Shown here: positions 62,102-64,000 of the stretch, piece by piece | Layout: each line of letters starts with the position of its first letter | Numbering within the stretch: the stretch's first letter is position 1 | Origin: Bacillota bacterium | GTDB taxonomy: Bacteria > Bacillota > Dehalobacteriia > UBA4068 | DNA length: 64,000 nucleotides | Assembly (NCBI GenBank): GCA_050949225.1 | Contig: JBMNFI010000001.1 | Coordinates: forward strand, 596,378 to 660,377 | Direction of reading: 5' to 3' | Notes under the pieces: model-generated | Seen by the model: only the letters and a program-made list of their open reading frames with translations | Database searches by the model: none | What the model was told of the DNA's origin: nothing | Position numbers and translations under genes: made by a program

Positions 62102-64000
62102 ATGAAAAACGTAACCCGTAACCAGCTTGGTAAAAAATTTCTTGCCTTGATTGCCGCCATGCTTATAGCAACATGTTTTTATCTATTAGTAACAGCACCG
62201 GCAGAAGCCGCCAAAAAACCTGTAGAAAGTCCGCATGTAAAAATCATCCTCAATGAAATCAGCTTGAACACTGTCGGCAATGTGCCCATCATGTATAATA
62301 GCCGTGTCCTCCTGCCATTGAGATTGACTTTAGAAAACATGGGGCTTAAAGTAGGCTGGAATAGTGCCACTAAAACAGCCTCTGCCACCTCAGCAGATGG
62401 AAAAACTACTCTTAATATTGCTATTAACAGCACAAAGGCCTATGTTAATAATAAGGCAGTTAAGATTGATACTCCTGCCCTGGAAAACAAAGGTCGCATC
62501 TATCTGCCAATACGTTTTGTGGGTGAAACCTTTGGAGCCAAAATCACCTGGAATAATGCCAATAAATCAGTAAACATCATAAAAAGTTTATCCAGCCCCG
62601 CAATCGCATCTGACATTACCATAAACAATCAACAGCTTAAACTTTCTGCAAATATTAGGGGCAGCAGCAGCTGTAGATTTATCTATATAGAAGATTATTT
62701 AGGCCATCTTAATAAATATCTGCCTGCTCATTATTATTTTTCTTGGGAAATTAAAAACAACGGTAATTATACTTTTAAAATTGACGGACATCATGTTGAG
62801 TTAATACCGGATGCAGATTATTTCCTTTTAGATGGAGAAAAGAAAAATCTTACCTCGATACTCACAAAATTTGATGGAAAAACCTATATTCCTTTATCTT
62901 TTTCCCAAACTGTCCTGGGTGGCACTATAATCTATGATAAGACAACAAAAGAGACAGCTATCACGATAAAAAACCCTGATTTTACGAGTGCAATCTTAAG
63001 TAGCGAACCCACTGATAACTTACTCCCAGAAAAAGTGGAGGGCGCGCAACTCACAAATCAGCAGCTTTTAAGTATCAGTGACAATCCAGAATCATTAACT
63101 GCTGACGTAGTTGACCCTAACCGCAGTTCCATTTTGATGCAAACTAATATAGTTGCCGAAATTCCCAGCCAAAGTCATCGCGTCTTCGGCTGGCATGTTA
63201 ACAAACTGCATAAACCAGTCCGGCTGGCGCTGGTAATAAAAAACACCGGCACAGAAATCATTACGATGGACACCATCGGTATAACTACTCGTACAACAAG
63301 CAATACAAATTATATTAATGATGTGGGCCTGCCTATAGCAAAAGCCATGTTAACCGGCAACCTAATAGACATTACGCCGTCAAACAAAAATATTGCCCCC
63401 AATAAATCCAAAGTGATTGAGTCCTTCTCTTTAGAACATAAAAATCTGGTTGGTTTTGTTATAGATTTAATGCTTTCCGGCGCCAATGGCAGCAATCCTA
63501 ATTATCAGCTTAAAGTAGTTTTAGCTACTGATAACAACACAAACCTCTTACAGATAAACGGCGAAGCGGTTGATTTGGACCTGAAAAGAGCACATGCTCG
63601 GGGTACCTGGGAAGGCTCAGAAATCTCTTTAGAGCTCCCGACATATGTGATAAACTCTGAAGAAATTTCTTACAGTATTTCTAACGGTGATACTGATAAT
63701 TTACTTAATAAAGAAGCTTCTCTTGATCCTGAGGATGAATCACTGAGCAATAGAGGACATTATGGAATTCTTTATAAAATACGCATTCCCGTTGATAATA
63801 CCGCAGACAGCGGCAAGACTATAAGATTCCGTTTATGCGGGCGCGGCGGTAGTTATGCCTGCGCTGTCAGAACACCGGAGGGCGTGTTTACTACACCCGT
63901 GATCATGCCCAAAACGGAGGTAGCAAACCTCTATGATTATACTCCCACAGCCGGGATAAGTTATGTTGATTTAGAAATTGTTCATGCCTCGGCCTCGGCT
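62102..64000 (+). CDS. Secreted/cell-surface protein with copper-amine-oxidase N-terminal-like repeats (partial, runs off window end)
   Basis: The ATG 8 nt after AGGAGG gives MKNVTRNQLGKKFLALIAAMLIATCFYLLVTAPAEA (signal peptide). Repeats such as GRIYLPIRFVGETFGAKITWN are present. The frame stays open to position 64000. Confidence 0.65.
   Translation, partial: MKNVTRNQLGKKFLALIAAMLIATCFYLLVTAPAEAAKKPVESPHVKIILNEISLNTVGNVPIMYNSRVLLPLRLTLENMGLKVGWNSATKTASATSADGKTTLNIAINSTKAYVNNKAVKIDTPALENKGRIYLPIRFVGETFGAKITWNNANKSVNIIKSLSSPAIASDITINNQQLKLSANIRGSSSCRFIYIEDYLGHLNKYLPAHYYFSWEIKNNGNYTFKIDGHHVELIPDADYFLLDGEKKNLTSILTKFDGKTYIPLSFSQTVLGGTIIYDKTTKETAITIKNPDFTSAILSSEPTDNLLPEKVEGAQLTNQQLLSISDNPESLTADVVDPNRSSILMQTNIVAEIPSQSHRVFGWHVNKLHKPVRLALVIKNTGTEIITMDTIGITTRTTSNTNYINDVGLPIAKAMLTGNLIDITPSNKNIAPNKSKVIESFSLEHKNLVGFVIDLMLSGANGSNPNYQLKVVLATDNNTNLLQINGEAVDLDLKRAHARGTWEGSEISLELPTYVINSEEISYSISNGDTDNLLNKEASLDPEDESLSNRGHYGILYKIRIPVDNTADSGKTIRFRLCGRGGSYACAVRTPEGVFTTPVIMPKTEVANLYDYTPTAGISYVDLEIVHASASA

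Overview
This window is the Bacillus-type "origin-proximal" core of a low-GC (~45%) anaerobic, spore-forming Firmicute, read almost entirely on the minus strand. It contains no CRISPR array, no recognisable defence island and no mobile element; the novelty here is lineage-specific variations on core genes plus a few small accessory pockets.

**Taxonomic guess (inference only).** The 16S carries the "GGGGAATCTTCCGCAATGG" signature. Together with PFOR, BofA and LPS-like accessory genes this suggests a Negativicute (Sporomusaceae-like), not a classical Clostridium.

**Core gene order, from high to low coordinates on the minus strand:**
- dnaX, ybaB, recR, bofA
- PFOR (nifJ/por)
- coaX, dusB, greA, lysS
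- a complete rRNA operon (16S-23S-5S, no tRNA in the spacer)
- polysaccharide deacetylase, a secreted-protein/lipoprotein pair, ilvBN
- gyrB, gyrA
- an ApbE / NusG_II / Gx-transporter flavinylation-type cluster
- speE, speD
- a second, identical tuf copy
- rpmG, secE, nusG, rplK, rplA, rplJ, rplL
- rpoB, rpoC
- L7Ae-like protein, rpsL, rpsG, fusA, tuf
- the S10 operon: rpsJ, rplC, rplD, rplW, rplB, rpsS, rplV, rpsC and the start of rplP

**Plus-strand features:**
- an SRP RNA, oriented divergently from dnaX
- a folD island with a YkgJ-like protein, an Fe-alcohol dehydrogenase, a tautomerase and RidA
- a Cys-rich orphan protein
- a partial copper-amine-oxidase-N-domain surface protein at the window end

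**Most notable observations:**
- The two tuf copies are 100% identical, consistent with gene conversion.
- EF-Tu carries a CxCx4CxxC four-cysteine insertion.
- The 23S rRNA contains a ~170-nt helix-45 intervening sequence with long complementary arms.
- The SRP RNA is inverted compared with the Bacillus layout.
- Several uncharacterised accessory genes are present (Cys-rich protein, PepSY/cysteine-peptidase-like secreted protein, kinase-like/LAB_N-like pair).
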